In this document: positions 50,201 through 62,639 of the stretch, in pieces | How the letters are laid out: the number at the start of each line of letters is the position of its first letter | Numbering within the stretch: position 1 is the stretch's first letter | Source of the DNA: Lytechinus pictus | Taxonomy: Eukaryota | DNA: 64,000 bases | Direction of reading: 5' to 3' | Assembly (NCBI RefSeq): GCF_037042905.1 | Contig: NC_087245.1 | Location: 26,476,001 to 26,540,000 of the forward strand | The notes under the pieces: generated by a model | The model's input: only the letters and a program-made list of their open reading frames with translations | Databases searched by the model: none | Told to the model about the DNA's origin: nothing | Program-made: the position numbers and the translations under genes

Positions 50201-53200
50201 GACTAAGGTACTCGTGCTCTAATCTGGGTTTCCCTAATCTTGCCCTCATGCATCTATTTGGCAAACTAAGGAATTCAATTTCACAAGGTGTAATGGGTTG
50301 GATTCTAGCAAAGAAATAATATTGGTATTGTGGCTAATTTTGTGATATGATATGCCAAAAATCATTTGTCCAGTCAAAATGTGCATCAAAATGCAAAGAT
50401 GGAACCTTTCTCATCCAGCAAATGGATGACAGCTTTAGAGGTATAATGTCACGGAAACCATGTATTTTGGCTCTACCGAGATTCCATCAACTTAAATATG
50501 ATATAAATTATGTGTGATTGCAATTCCTTTGGGGACCATTTCATAAAAGACTTAAAAAACTTTAGCAACTTTGCCAATATGGTGACTACCATCATGGTAA
50601 CAGGGCTCTGCAGCTAACGACAAATAAATTTTCCATGGTGATTGCCAAAATGAAAGCTACCATAATCAAAAGTCCTCATGACACATGCCCTAGGATGTGT
50701 AATTGATGCTATGATGGTCCCCCATCACTAATCTGTAATCCCTCCAAGGTCAAATGTCCTGTGAAAATTTCTTCTGAATTCACCCGATATATCCTTCCTT
50801 CCCCTTGACCCCTTTCTGCCCTCTTCACCTGTGCTTTCTGACCTGGTTTCCCTTCAGGTTTAACCTTTGACCTTTGACCTCTGCTCTTAGCCAAATCACC
50901 CGATTCCATTTTCTTATCTTCTACCTTACTAGAAGTATTTGAAACCTGTCTTTCATAATCATTGTGACTGTATGGTGTCTTTGTTTTTTGCTTTTTAACT
51001 TTCGAGCCATTCTTGCCTTTGTCTAATACAGGTAGATTATTTTTCTGCTTTGATTTACTCCTTGTCTTTGTTGTTGTTTGTGTGATTATACCCTTGTACC
51101 GTCTTTCTTTGGTTGTTTTAGGACCTGATACAGCTTTAGCGGGGTTTTTCTCTTTAAACTGGTTACTTTCATTGTCTCTCCTCCCTCTGATTACTTTCTT
51201 TTTCTCAGCACATACCCTACTAACTCCAGTTTTAGTATTAACACTTTCCACCGGCTCATTACACTTACTACTCTCACTCCCCCTTGATGACTGCTGATTA
51301 TCTATTCTTTTCTTTGTCAAACCGCTTCTCTTTTTGTCCGATCCACTGGACACATTTCCTGTTTCCTCAATGTTTTCTGAACCGGAGGAGCTTTCAAAGC
51401 TGTTACCATATGTAACATCACTCCCACTGGAATCAACTGAATAACTGCTATCCCCAGCATCTCCCTTATCAGAGCCAATGGAATTAGAATCACTGGCATT
51501 CCCATCATCAGAGTTTACTCCCTCTGGGATTTCACTGCCATTGCCGTTCTTACAATTAGACTCACTCCTGCCGTTGTTAGTTTCCCCATCACCCTTTCCC
51601 TTGCCACTCTCCTCACCTTCCTCTTCCATTTGAGTTGATTCCTCTTTTCTTCCTTCATCTTCTTCATCCTCCTGCGGTTCTGTCTGGGTAGACATACCCG
51701 CATGCTCTGGTTCCGGCTCTGGCTCTGGTACGATAGTATCCGTCTGAACGTCCTTGTATCGCTGCCTCTCTCTCCTCGCAAACTCTGCTTCTACTAGACA
51801 TCTGAAGTAATGAATAAACAACACCAAAAACAATATAATAATGGGATGCTGAAGGCTTGGTGGGGAAGTTTGAATAATGTGCAAAGATATTTCTGACTAT
51901 CATGCAGTGAATAAGATTGAAAATTCAATCTGAAAAAAAAATCAGAGTGCTTTGGACCTGAAAGGAAAATTTGCTATATTAAATAAACATTGGGTTGGAT
52001 TGAAAAAAAAAATCTTGAATCTTTCAAATTGAACATTAAATCTTATTCACAGGGTGGTAGCCAAAAATGTCTTTGAATTAATTGCAGAAATGGTACAATC
52101 TCTACATGTTATCATACAAAAGATAAAAAGGTAATCAATTATAACATCCCATCCCGTCTGGATGTAATATTTTATTTGATTTTAATTCTTTCTCATATTT
52201 GCTATTGATATATAGGTCTATCAATATTGGATTTTGGTTTGCGTGGGCACTTTCACCACTCCCTGTTGAGCAATCCAGTGAGTTTCCATACTCAATTGCT
52301 GTATATACAACATTAAATTTTGCATCCTACTGGGTACCCATTTAATACCTGGGTAGAGAGTGGTAAAGTATAGATTGATGCCTTGAATGCTACCTGAGAA
52401 ATCATATGACATGAAATAATTGAATACTTACTTGTAGCAAGGAGATGATCCATGGACCCCAATGAATTTGAAATGTCCCTTTGAGCCTCCAAGCAACGCT
52501 CCCGGAGTATACTTATACTCACAGCATGCACTTAGACGAAGAACCTGAACACGGTTGACAAAGAACGTCACGCTGAATGGGTAACCACGGTGACGACGTG
52601 ACACAAAGATCAGATCATCTGGTGGAGGAAAATCGCCACAAAAGAGGCATTAATATCTCAAGCAAAAAAAAATTTTAGGAATAATACACAAGCTGATATT
52701 ACATGTTTTATTTTTCACCTTTCATAACAATGTAAAACACAGAAAAGACATTGGAAGAAAAGAATGATAATAATAATATTCAATTTGTACATGTAAACAT
52801 AGATGTAACATACACACAGTTCTAAGCACTTTACAGATATATAACAATCGACCTGCTCATAACATTTTTAATTGCCTGCATGCAATGTATGCACTTTTTC
52901 AATAATTCATTACTGCTTTACCTCACTTAACTTAAATAAGATGAAGTAAGCTTTAATGGAGTAAATTCTTAACAAGAACTAATCTACTTAAATAAGATTC
53001 TTAATCATTTTGATTCCCATCAGCTTACATTGAAATCCCATCTTTCTAGATTATAAGTAACTATCCACTTTTAGGCATGTAAGGTAAAATGCACTCTCAT
53101 GTTAAAACGGTGAAAATTTGAGATCTTACATTTAGCCCCCAAAACAGTCACCAGTAGTGTGTAAAGTTGTGCGTAACTAAGGAACATCCTTATAAAATGT

Positions 53201-56200
53201 CTCCCCATTCATCCCGATACTTACTCCCTTTCTCGGCAAAGCCCTGAAACACCACAAGGTTCTCGCCTCCGCAATGCTGCTGGTAGACTTGAATCTCGTC
53301 TCTCTTATCCTCCCTCTCATACTGAAGTTTGAGGCCGGTACCACGGTACCTCACCGTCACATCACACATACTCTGAAGCTGGGTGGCATGGGGGTAGGCT
53401 GGCTCCTTCCGATGGAGGGCAAGGGAACCCTGAGTGAACAAAATACAGTGAAAACCTGCTTTAGCAACAACTTGCATAGAAGGACAACCTGTCCATGCAA
53501 ACCATTATTTTGGTTTCCCTTGAACAGTCCCCCCCCCCCCAACTGACACATGTATTATATGGACCTGTCCAGAAAGGCCAGCTATTTATAAAGACCATTG
53601 TATCATCATCATTGGGTGGTCTGTATAGACAGGATCGACTGTATTTACAGAAACATGTTTATAAAGACCATTTTATCATCATCATTGGGTGGTCTGTATA
53701 GACAGGATCGACTGTATTTACAGAAACATGTTTATAAAGACCATTTTATCATCATCATTGGGTGGTCTGTAGAGACAGGATCGACTGTATTTACAGAAAC
53801 ATGTTTATAAAGACCATTTTATCATCATCATTGGGTGGTCTGTAGAGACAGGATCGACTGTATGTACAGAAACATGTTTATAAAGACCATTTTATCATCA
53901 TTATTGGGTGGTCTGTATAGACAGGATCGACTGTATTTACAGAAACATGTTTATAAAGACCATTATATCATCATCATTGGGTGGTCTGTATAGACAGGAT
54001 CGACTGTATTTACAGAAACATGTTTATAAAGACCATTTTATCATCATCATTGGGTGGTCTGTATAGACAGGATCGACTGTATTTACAGAAACATGTTTAT
54101 AAAGACCATTTAATCATCATCATTGGGTGGTCTGTATAGACAGGATCGACTGTATTTACAGAAACATGTTTATAAAGACCATTTTATCATCATCATTGGG
54201 TGGTCTGTAGAGACAGGATCGACTGTATGTACAGAAACATGTTTATAAAGACCATTTTATCATCATTATTGGGTGGTCTGTATAGACAGGATCGACTGTA
54301 TTTACAGAAACATGTTTATAAAGACCATTATATCATCATCATTGGGTGGTCTGTATAGACAGGATCGACTGTATTTACAGAAACATGTTTATAAAGACCA
54401 TTTTATCATCATCATTGGGTGGTCTGTATAGACAGGATCGACTGTATTTACAGAAACATGTTTATAAAGACCATTTAATCATCATCATTGGGTGGTCTGT
54501 ATAGACAGGATCGACTGTATTTACAGAAACATGTTTATAAAGACCATTCTTCTTGACCACCTTTGGTGGTCCTTATAGGCAGGCTAAAGTATTAGAGGAA
54601 TCTGCATGCATATATGAGCCAAGTTTGAAGTTGAAACCTCAAACGGTTCTTTTAGGTTTGATATCAGAAGAATGTAGAATTGGTATTCAGGTATTGATGA
54701 CTTCTGTGACCTTAGACCTCATGAAACCTAATACTTATTAAATCATCAGCACTCCTATGGTATAAAATATAGTATTCTGTGACCTACTCTACAAAAAAAA
54801 ATATCCTAATCTGTTGAACATTTCAATATCTTACCAACAATCTGTAATAAAATTTACCTTATTCGATCTGGGCCTATAGCCCCGGCCATTTTTGGAGACT
54901 ACTCCGCCTCCAGTCTTGTTCCTTGGTGATCTTTGACCCTTTGACCTGGCCGCAGGGGGTCGCGGGGTCACGTCTGGGGAGTATGGAGAGAGACCTTCTT
55001 TCTCATCAGGTCTCAGGTTCAAAGAGATCCTGTGTAAAATCTTAGGGTCCAACTGGAGAGAAGAAAAAAAAAGACGATCTGAAATCAATTCACTGAAACA
55101 TTTTATTTAAAGACATAGAATTTAGTCTTCTCTGTTTGGTTGATAGATGCTCAAATGTATATTTACACTTCCAATTTTTATTTCAATTTCATTTTGTTAA
55201 TTTTTGTTCATCAATATAGAAAATGACGGAATATTATGCATACATACATATACTGTAGTAGATATTATACTTTTACCTTTGGATAATGAAAGTTTATCCT
55301 GGAAACCACTTTCCCATTATCATTTACATTTTGAAGGTCAGTTGTAGAAATTGAATGAATGTGACGAATGAAAAACCTTCTTTTTGTTGACTATCTTCTA
55401 TTCATTTCATGCAATGTGTTATTTGAAAATATAATTACCTCTCTGAGTGCAGGGGAGTCGACTTCACCATTACTGCTTGTATCAGATCTGTCTGACCTAG
55501 CAGATTCACGATGTACAGGGAACCCATCCTGGTCAACATATACCACACCCTATTAAATAAACAGATATATTGCATACATGTTAACGTATACCATACAATT
55601 TAACTTCATGTACATTAATATACATTTATACAGTGCTTTTACACTGTCAAATTTGCTCTGAGCCATTCAGCAAGGATATGACAGTTTATAATAGTCAGTG
55701 AAAAAATTACTGACCATTTGTTTCATGAAATGGTTTTCAGTTAAACATATACCATACTATATCAAGAATTAAAACCGACAAAAAAGTATTAAAACAGACA
55801 TTCTATTCTGGTACATTATGCAACACAAGAGAAGTATCCTTTTGCTAGCTGCAATTTTTTACATGTAATTTTCTTCATTTTTTTGTTTCCATCTGTATGT
55901 GATCGTGATTGTATGAGATAAAAAGAGATAAACAAATCATTATGGGGTACAAAACTAGTCTGCAAGTACAGACTAATATTTGACTCTTTAACCAATTATA
56001 CCATGTCTAGAGCGAAGAGTACATGTAGATGGCAATCTTTCTGTCTGGTAGATGGCAATCTTTCTGTCTGGTAGAGGCAGCTATATTACATACAGCTATA
56101 GTCTCACTACTTCAGACTCTGTATTATGCACTATGTGAATTGCACTAAAACCAAAGGGGCAAAACCGGTACAGCATACAGGTCTAGAAAGTTAGAACTGA

Positions 56201-57856
56201 CATATATATTCATAAATGGTATGGTTACATGCAAACTCAATTACGCGTATGTTTTATTTGAAATGAATCATTTTTACTCACCGCTCTCTTAGATGATGGC
56301 CTTTGTCTGGCTGGTGCAGTAGATGGCCTCCCTCCACTACGAGGTGGCTGTGGCTGTCTTGATTGGCTGTTGTAAGCAGATTTAGGTCTCCCCCTTGGGC
56401 TCAAGTATTGGGTGATATCTTCATCCCCTTTCCTTCCTCTATCCATCTGAAATAATTGAACGGAGGTGAACTACCGTAAGTAACGGACTATAAACCGTAC
56501 CCGTTTATCCTATCACAAAATTAGCTACCAAAAGTATCATCATCATCATCATCATCATCAGTGTACGGAAGAAGAAGGCAAGCCTGTCGAGACTTCCGGT
56601 CGTTCCTTCTGATAGTACTTGTTCCAACTTGACTATTTTAAATGTCTTGTAAAATTACATGCATGCATGTTGCGTGGAGGGTGGACGGATTCTTTTTATT
56701 TTTTTAGGGAAGAATTTGATGATGGCAAGACCAACATTACTTGTACTTAAAGGTCAAGTCAAGTTAAAGGTCAAGTCAACCCCCAGAAAAATGTTGATTT
56801 GAATAAATAGAGAAAAATCAAACTAGTAAAACGCTGAAAATTTCATCAAAATCGGATATAAAATAAGAAAGTTATGACATTTTAAAGTTTTGCTTATTTT
56901 TCACAAAACAGTGATATGCACAACTCGAATGAGACAGTCGATGATGTCCCTCACTCACTATTTCTTTTGTTTTTTATTGTTTGAATTATACAATATTTCA
57001 TTTTTCTATAGATTTGACAATAAGGGCCAACTTGACTGAATCATATAATATTAAGCAATGCTCATTTGTGTGATTCATTCATTTAGTGTGATTTTGAAAT
57101 TGTTAAAATTGAAAATTTCTTTGTAATCTAATGTAGCAATTCATTCATAAAAACTGAATAAATCAACGTTTGAGGAATAATATAAAGAAAGTGTAGAAAC
57201 AATCTAAATATTGCATGTAATTCTTATTGAACAGAGTCATCAATTTTAAAGTCAAGCTCCTATTGAGTCAGTATATATCACATAAAACATCATATTATCA
57301 CAACTGACACAAAAAGGTACATGTATGTAAAAGTCATATACATGTATGCATTACGCGTATATCAAGTACCGTACAGTGTAGAGTATGCACTAAGTAATTA
57401 ATTCTTCTCTATTTCTTATTAAATTTCTCAATTTAAGATCTTTATGTTCTATTCTTCTGCCATGCTCTGAGGTTACATGTACATTTGTATGGCTTCTACA
57501 GTGTACTTATTCATTCATATTACATAAATACTGTACAGGAAATGGTGAGAATATTTCATCCTACCCTGACTCTCCTGACCAACTCCACTTTCGAAATCTC
57601 CTCCAGCTTCTGCTTGATGTCTGCCTGCCTCTGTCTCTCCAGATCAAGAGTCTTGTGGACGATAGCTTGAGCCATCAGATCCCTGACATGGCGCTGGTGT
57701 TCCTTTCGCGCCATGTTGAGCCGGTAGGTGGACTCGGTGACCAGCTCACCGCGCCTGGTGACCAGTCCGGCCCTCCTCAGGTGTTTTTTCATGCGGGTGT
57801 TGTTGAAGTAACCCACCAGGTGCTTGTCCTGGAGGCTGCTATAGGTGGCCAAGGGG
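34667..57856 (-). CDS. ERICH3: ERICH3 (glutamate-rich protein 3, DUF4590) homologue with C-terminal RNI-like LRRs; span of identified exons (~1270 aa plus first exon)
   Basis: Exons 57565-57856, 56282-56446, 55439-55549, 54858-55052, 53225-53429, 52432-52618, 51617-51801, 43639-43716, 41008-42725, 36190-36305, 34667-35222; all GT-AG and phase-consistent. YSSLQDKHLVGYFNNTR and DEIQVYQQHCGGENL...SRRHRGYPFS...RLSACCEYK...SPCYKC match recalled vertebrate ERICH3. Linkage of the two LRR exons is inferred. Confidence 0.85.
36190..36305 (-). CDS. LRR exon preceding the terminal exon
   Basis: SYSRLALNMNEKSLGSDQAEQIAQALLEDPKYKSIEYL; CT|gtaag joins the next exon in phase. An alternative acceptor at 36297 is possible. 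Confidence 0.8.
37874..38098. mobile_element. Palindromic MITE (CACTCT...AGAGTG); older copy at ~37193-37437
   Basis: ~60-bp TIRs CACTCTAAATTCCAAGGA...ATCCAGATC.GCTGTGAATAGTGACCAGCCGAAT mirrored at 38037-38098. Confidence 0.8.
41008..42725 (-). CDS. ERICH3: Large glutamate-rich exon of the ERICH3 homologue
   Basis: tacag|AT TAT; 572 stop-free, E/D-rich codons; donor TCA|gtaagt at 41008. Confidence 0.88.
43639..43716 (-). CDS. ERICH3: ERICH3 acidic mini-exon
   Basis: ttgcag|CA ... AAA G|gtgagt; ANDGYEDDEFEEDEEQKDDEDKEKEK; phase 1-1. Confidence 0.82.
44127..44363. mobile_element. hAT-type MITE
   Basis: CACTGGCGTAAATCCTTGCGTTACACCT ... AGGTGTGACGCAAGGATTTATGCCAGTA; TSD TCTCTCAC/TCTCTCGC. Confidence 0.75.
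46113..46703. mobile_element. Kolobok/T2-like MITE
   Basis: TTAA-AGGACAAGTCTACCCC ... GGGGTGGACTTGACCT-ATAA; same family as 21851-22403. Confidence 0.82.
49690..49850 (-). mobile_element. tRNA-derived SINE fragment
   Basis: Minus-strand B-box-like CCGGGTTCGATTCCC followed by a GTGCCCTT...AAGGCATTT SINE body motif. Confidence 0.6.
50709..51801 (-). CDS. ERICH3: ERICH3 exon (51617-51801) with in-frame read-through to a stop at 50709 (candidate alternative terminal exon)
   Basis: ttcag|A TGT continues SPCYK-CLV. Internal donor G|gtgagg at 51617; the frame stays open ~300 further codons (S/K/R/G-rich). Confidence 0.75.
52432..52618 (-). CDS. ERICH3: ERICH3 DUF4590 exon
   Basis: DLIFVSRRHRGYPFSVTFFVNRVQVLRLSACCEYKYTPGALLGGSKGHFKFIGVHGSSPCY. 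Confidence 0.92.
53225..53429 (-). CDS. ERICH3: ERICH3 DUF4590 exon
   Basis: ...QSMCDVTVRYRG...RDEIQVYQQHCGGENLVVFQGFAEKG; cag| and |gtaag. Confidence 0.92.
53585..54548. repeat. 73-bp minisatellite, ~13.2 copies, inside a mariner/pogo-like MITE
   Basis: Unit TTTATAAAGACCATTTTATCATCATCATTGGGTGGTCTGTATAGACAGGATCGACTGTATTTACAGAAACATG with starts at 53585, 53658, 53731 ... 54461. Confidence 0.95.
54858..55052 (-). CDS. ERICH3: ERICH3 exon
   Basis: LDPKILHRISL...SPYSPDVTPRPPAARSK...RPRSNK; phase 0-0. Confidence 0.82.
55439..55549 (-). CDS. ERICH3: ERICH3 exon
   Basis: GVVYVDQDGFPVHRESARSDRSDTSSNGEVDSPALRE; tag| and |gtaat; phase 0-0. Confidence 0.78.
56282..56446 (-). CDS. ERICH3: ERICH3 exon
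   Basis: MDRGRKGDEDITQYLSPRGRPKSA...RPSTAP...KRA; cag| and |gtgag. Confidence 0.82.
56751..57065. mobile_element. Truncated Kolobok/T2-like MITE with duplicated tip
   Basis: TTAAAGGTCAAGTCAA occurs twice, followed by body sequence homologous to 21851-22403. Confidence 0.65.
57565..57856 (-). CDS. ERICH3: ERICH3 conserved N-terminal exon
   Basis: PLATYSSLQDKHLVGYFNNTRMKKHLRRAGLVTRRG...LMAQAIVHKTLDLER...IKQKLE; ctgcag| and |gtagg. Confidence 0.92.
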
Positions 57857-58296
57857 CTGCAGGGAAAGGAGAAAACATAAAAGAATCTTACTTAAAACCA
57901 CCACGATAACAAAGACACATGTAAAAACACATACATGTAGATCAAACAATGTATCTATACAATTGAAATCCCCTGTATGGCTGATAAAAATAACAATTTT
58001 TTGATGCAAGAAAAAGGGGGTATATTGTACATGTAAGTTGAAAAAAAGGGCTAGATTTTGATAGTATGGTGAACCATGTTACAGCAATATTTTTTTCAAT
58101 AGAAATTATTTTGACAATATAAAAACCCACATGAAATGATGAAAAAGAATTATGCATGGCTGAAATTCAATTGTTTTTCAGTAAGACAGTATATAAAGTT
58201 TGTTATGATTCTAAACCTCTTCGGTTCTCTAACATGACAATGCCATGGACATGGTCTACTTATTCAAGACAACTGTATCACATGTATTCAAATAAC

Positions 58297-58562
58297 CTTG
58301 CGCATGACGTCTGAGGTTGTAAATGAAAGCGACTGTTCCATGCCACTTCTCGCTTCAGATTGGTTTTGATTTGAGGGTTTTGTAGCTTGGCTAAGTCTTT
58401 GTCCTTCGCAAGAAATTTGACCATGCCAGCGCCCCCGATAGAACTCCATATTTCTGATCTACATCGACTGAAGCAGGTGGGGCACCGGCTGTCACATGCC
58501 GGGGGATTGTACGGATTGCGCTGGTAATCTGCATGCAGCAGAGGCACTGCAGGTAAACCCAT
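58297..58562 (-). CDS. Candidate first coding exon of the ERICH3 homologue (88 aa)
   Basis: Locally GC-richer ATG ORF (MGLPAVPLL...TSCA) ending AG|gttat in phase 2, as exon 57856 requires (AG+C = Ser). The donor is weak and no homology was recognised. Confidence 0.4.
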
Positions 58563-60059
58563 TCTGTCTGCACGAACTGGTACAATTGGACGTTAAACTC
58601 CTCAAGTTCAGGATCAAGACAAGAGTTTATAACGATTATAGATTCTACTTCAAGATCAAGTTGGGTTAAATTTCTTCCTGGAATCAATTACTGAAGCACA
58701 ATGTACATATTGGAGTAGGGAACTGTAAATAGTTCACTGAAATACAGCAAAGCTGGGACATCTATCTATTATTCAGTATCCATGTACATACTCTAGATAG
58801 AAAAAAATGTCCTAAATCGATAAATTCCTTGAGAATAAAGACAACCATGGACTTTACTTTAGCATGCAGGTATGCAGCTCCACTGAATACAGAATAAAAC
58901 AACCGAAAGTGAAGAAATCTGTATCTGACATCTTTAGAAGATATGAACACACCTACACAGGAATGTCATTACGGTGACAATTCTACAACTCTTTACTCTG
59001 ATTATTTGCATCCAGCTTTGAAATTATGGCAAAACAATAAATCAGTCCATGATAGTCACACCATAGGAAACAAAATCAAAGTGCAGAAGAGCAAAAGACA
59101 AAAGAGACGAAAGATTCTTGTAAAATATACTGTACATAGCAGAATTAGATTCAGAAGAGAAAATGAAGAGCAATTCCCATGATTTCTGGAAAAATTGTAG
59201 ACACTGCGGTTTAGTAGCATGTGCAGTACAGTAGGCCTACAGTGCAGTATGTTGGTTCAATTTAGTCTTTCTTAAGACATTCCTGAAAAAGAAGATACAT
59301 GTACATGCCAATGGAGATCTTACTCCACGGTTTGCAAAAGCAAGGTAAAAAATAAGATTTAAAAATCACTGTATGACAGTCACTTGCACAAGTTTGTGGT
59401 TTAACATGAGCATTCCAAATAAAAGCAAGAAACAGTTGGAGATGACAGCAACAGCAAATACGAGAATACCGACAGTGAATAGTGAAAACAAATATAGGTG
59501 TGTGAACATTGTAGGCTGCGACATACGATAATGCTCATTTCTGTATGAGGGTTGAGCACTTGTGGGTTGCTCTCTTTCTCTCTCTCTCCCCGCATGCACT
59601 GTGTGTTGGGACAGATGCTGAGACACACATACACATGTATCTTCAAAGCAAGTAGATTCCATCTCTCTCTGTATCATTTTCCCTCATCCAGCTAATTGGC
59701 ATGCATGCTGAACGGCCCTAATCTGGCAAAAGGGTCTATCTGCAAAATTTTGGATTTTTTTTTTTTTCATATCTAGGGTTTATGAGGCCAAAATTTTCAT
59801 CTGGCCAACTCTCAGTGGTGCTCGAGCTTTCGTTTTCGAGATACCAGAGGACACCAATATCAAATTCCATCATTTTACTGGTATCTAATCTGGCAGAAGG
59901 GTCTATCTGCACATAGACCCTATATAAAGTGGTAGTAATCTGGCAAAGGGGTTTATCTGCACATAGACCCTTTTGCCAGATTACATGGTGGAGAAGACGT
60001 ATTTATTTAATCAGGCAAAAGGGTCTATCTAGTCCAGTAGATATGTGAAAAAGATGCTC

Positions 60060-60790
60060 GAATCTGGCAGAAAGTGTAAAATTTGGCATACAGGGGTATT
60101 TTGGGGCGCTGATTAAAAAAATTGCCGGCCCCAAGCGATTTTACCATCGGGTTGGCTGCCATTTTGAAATGCAAGATGGCCGCCATGAAAAATCATTAAA
60201 TGTCATTTTCTTGAGTTTTACATGGCATGTGACACTGAAATTTGGCATATAGGGGTATTTTGAGGCACTGATTTCAAATATTACCGGCCCTCAGCAATTT
60301 GACCATTCGGCCGGCGGCAAAATGGCCGCCATCTTGAAATCCAAGATGGCCGCCATGAAATATCGTTGCAATCATTTTCTCGAGTTTTATATGAACTGCG
60401 GTATTGGAATTTGGCATATAGGTTTAATTTTGGGCGCTGATTTCAAATATTGCCGGCCTCAAGCGATTTGACCATCGGGTCAGCCGCCATTTGAAATCAA
60501 AGATGGCCGCCATGAAAAATCATTGAACTCATTTTCTTGAATTTTACATATGTGCCACTAAAATTTGTAGTATATGGGTATCTGGGTGCGTTAATAAAAA
60601 AAATTGCTGGCTCCAAGGAATCTGACAATTGGTCGGCGGAAAAATGGCCGTCATCTTGAAATCCAAGCTGGCTGCCATAGAAATTTTGCAATTATTTAGT
60701 TGAGTTTTATATGATCTGCGGCATTGCACTTTGACATATAGAAGAAGTGTGGGGAGCTTATTTCAAATATTGCCGGCCCTCAGCGATCTA
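60060..60790. repeat. ~165-180-bp tandem repeats with GCCATCTTG/CAAGATGGC palindromes
   Basis: TTTGGCATA.AGG, GCCGGCC and CAAGATGGCCGCCATGAAA recur four times. Confidence 0.8.
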
Positions 60791-62639
60791 ATCCCCTGAG
60801 TCAGGGTTATACGGGTGTAATTACAACTGGCAGGCCAAAGATATTCATTCGAGCAAAGCCACCCTAAATTTTTAATTTTGATATTGCTGATTTTCAAAAA
60901 TGAATATGATTGATAATCTTCTGATCTTACACTGATTCTAGGGAGGGTAACTTTACTGAACTTGCTTTTTTCAAATTGGGAAGAATATCACCACTTTGGA
61001 ACTATTTTTATACTGGCGGAAGAAGTATTGCCATTTTACTGTCTCAAGCCATGAATTTGATCCTGTCAGGTGTAGTCTTCATAAATGCTGATTTATTTTT
61101 AAAATGAGCTGCTCGAGGTACCCTTTTCTTAAGATGGCTGCCATGAAAACAAAATACATACATGTACATAATACCAATTTACAGTGTCACATGTAATGTA
61201 TAGCTCAGGAAAGATATTTCATAATAGCCATCCTAGATTTCAAAGTGGCGGCCATTTTCAGCTGACCTGGTGGATCAATTAATGGGGCAGCAATATTCTA
61301 AAACCAGCAGGCCAAAACCTGCCTGTACATGTATGTCTAAAATGCAGTGCCTCAAATTATTTAAAACTCAAGAAAATAATTTGGATTTTCATGACAGTCG
61401 ATCCTCTCTAGATTTCAAGATGGTGGCCATTTTGCAGCCTATCTATTGGACAGACTACTGGGGGAAATTTCAATACCCCAAGTGTCAAATTTCAAAATAA
61501 TATCTACGTTATAATTATAATACCTGATTTTTTTAAATAATTTTGTTTTCATGGCAGCCATCTTGGATTTCAAGATGGCTGCCAGTTTGCAGCTGAGGTA
61601 TCACGGGCCTAAAACATTTCACATAGACTCGTGTGTTAAAGAGGCGCTCAAAAAAAGGATGAAATTCGAGAATTGAATGTTTACTACCAGTGGATAGGAT
61701 ACATGTCTGACATTCCATATCTGACCAGAAAAGGGTACCTCGAGTAGCTCATTTTTAAAATAAATCGGCATTTATAAGGACTACACCTGACACGATCAAA
61801 TTCATGACTTGAGACAGTAAAATGGCAATACTTCTTCCGCCAGTATAAAAATAGTTCCAAAGTGGTGATATATCATCCCAATTTGAAAAAAGGAAGTTCA
61901 GTAAAGTTACCCTCCCTAGAATCAGTGTAAGATTATCAATCATATTCATTCATTTTTGTCAATCAGCAATATCAAAATTAAAGATTTAAAATGGGTTTGC
62001 TCGAATGAATATCTTTGGCCTGCCAGTTGTAATTACGCCCGTATAACCCTGACTCAGGGGATCAGATCGCTGAGGGCCAGCAATATTTGAAATAAGCTCC
62101 CCACACTACTTCTATATGTCAAAGTGCAATGCCGCAGAACATTGCAAAAGGTGAATACAGATTTAAGAAAAGAAGGATAGCACGAAAGAAGAAGAGTAGA
62201 GAAAAAGAACAGGAGAGCAAGGGAAAGAGGAGAAAAGGGCAAAAAATAGAAGAAATGAAAAAACACAATTGGTAGATGTTAGACTGCCATATAACAAATA
62301 AAATCATAAATTTTAGAAGAAAACAGATAGCTCTTAAAAAATGAAAGGCAAAGTAAAACTCTTCGTCAGTCTGTGGCATGAGAAAGAGAAATAAAAATAC
62401 AATTGGTTATAATTAATGAAGATCTTATAAGATGGATTAAATTTAAAAAAAAATATTGTTATGCCCAACTTTATAATTGATTAATTTTGTATAATCAACA
62501 ATATCCTAGCCAATTAAGTGTAAAATCTTGGATAGTGTCATCATTATTATTATTATTTTATTTATTTATTTATTTATTTATGTATTTTTTGTTGGGGGGG
62601 GGGTTAGGTTTTACATTTTCCAATCGCTAAGACACCCTG

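Noticed and set aside
53585..54548. Regular repeat array resembling CRISPR
   Set aside because: Units are contiguous near-identical 73-mers with no unique spacers; eukaryotic intron, no cas genes.
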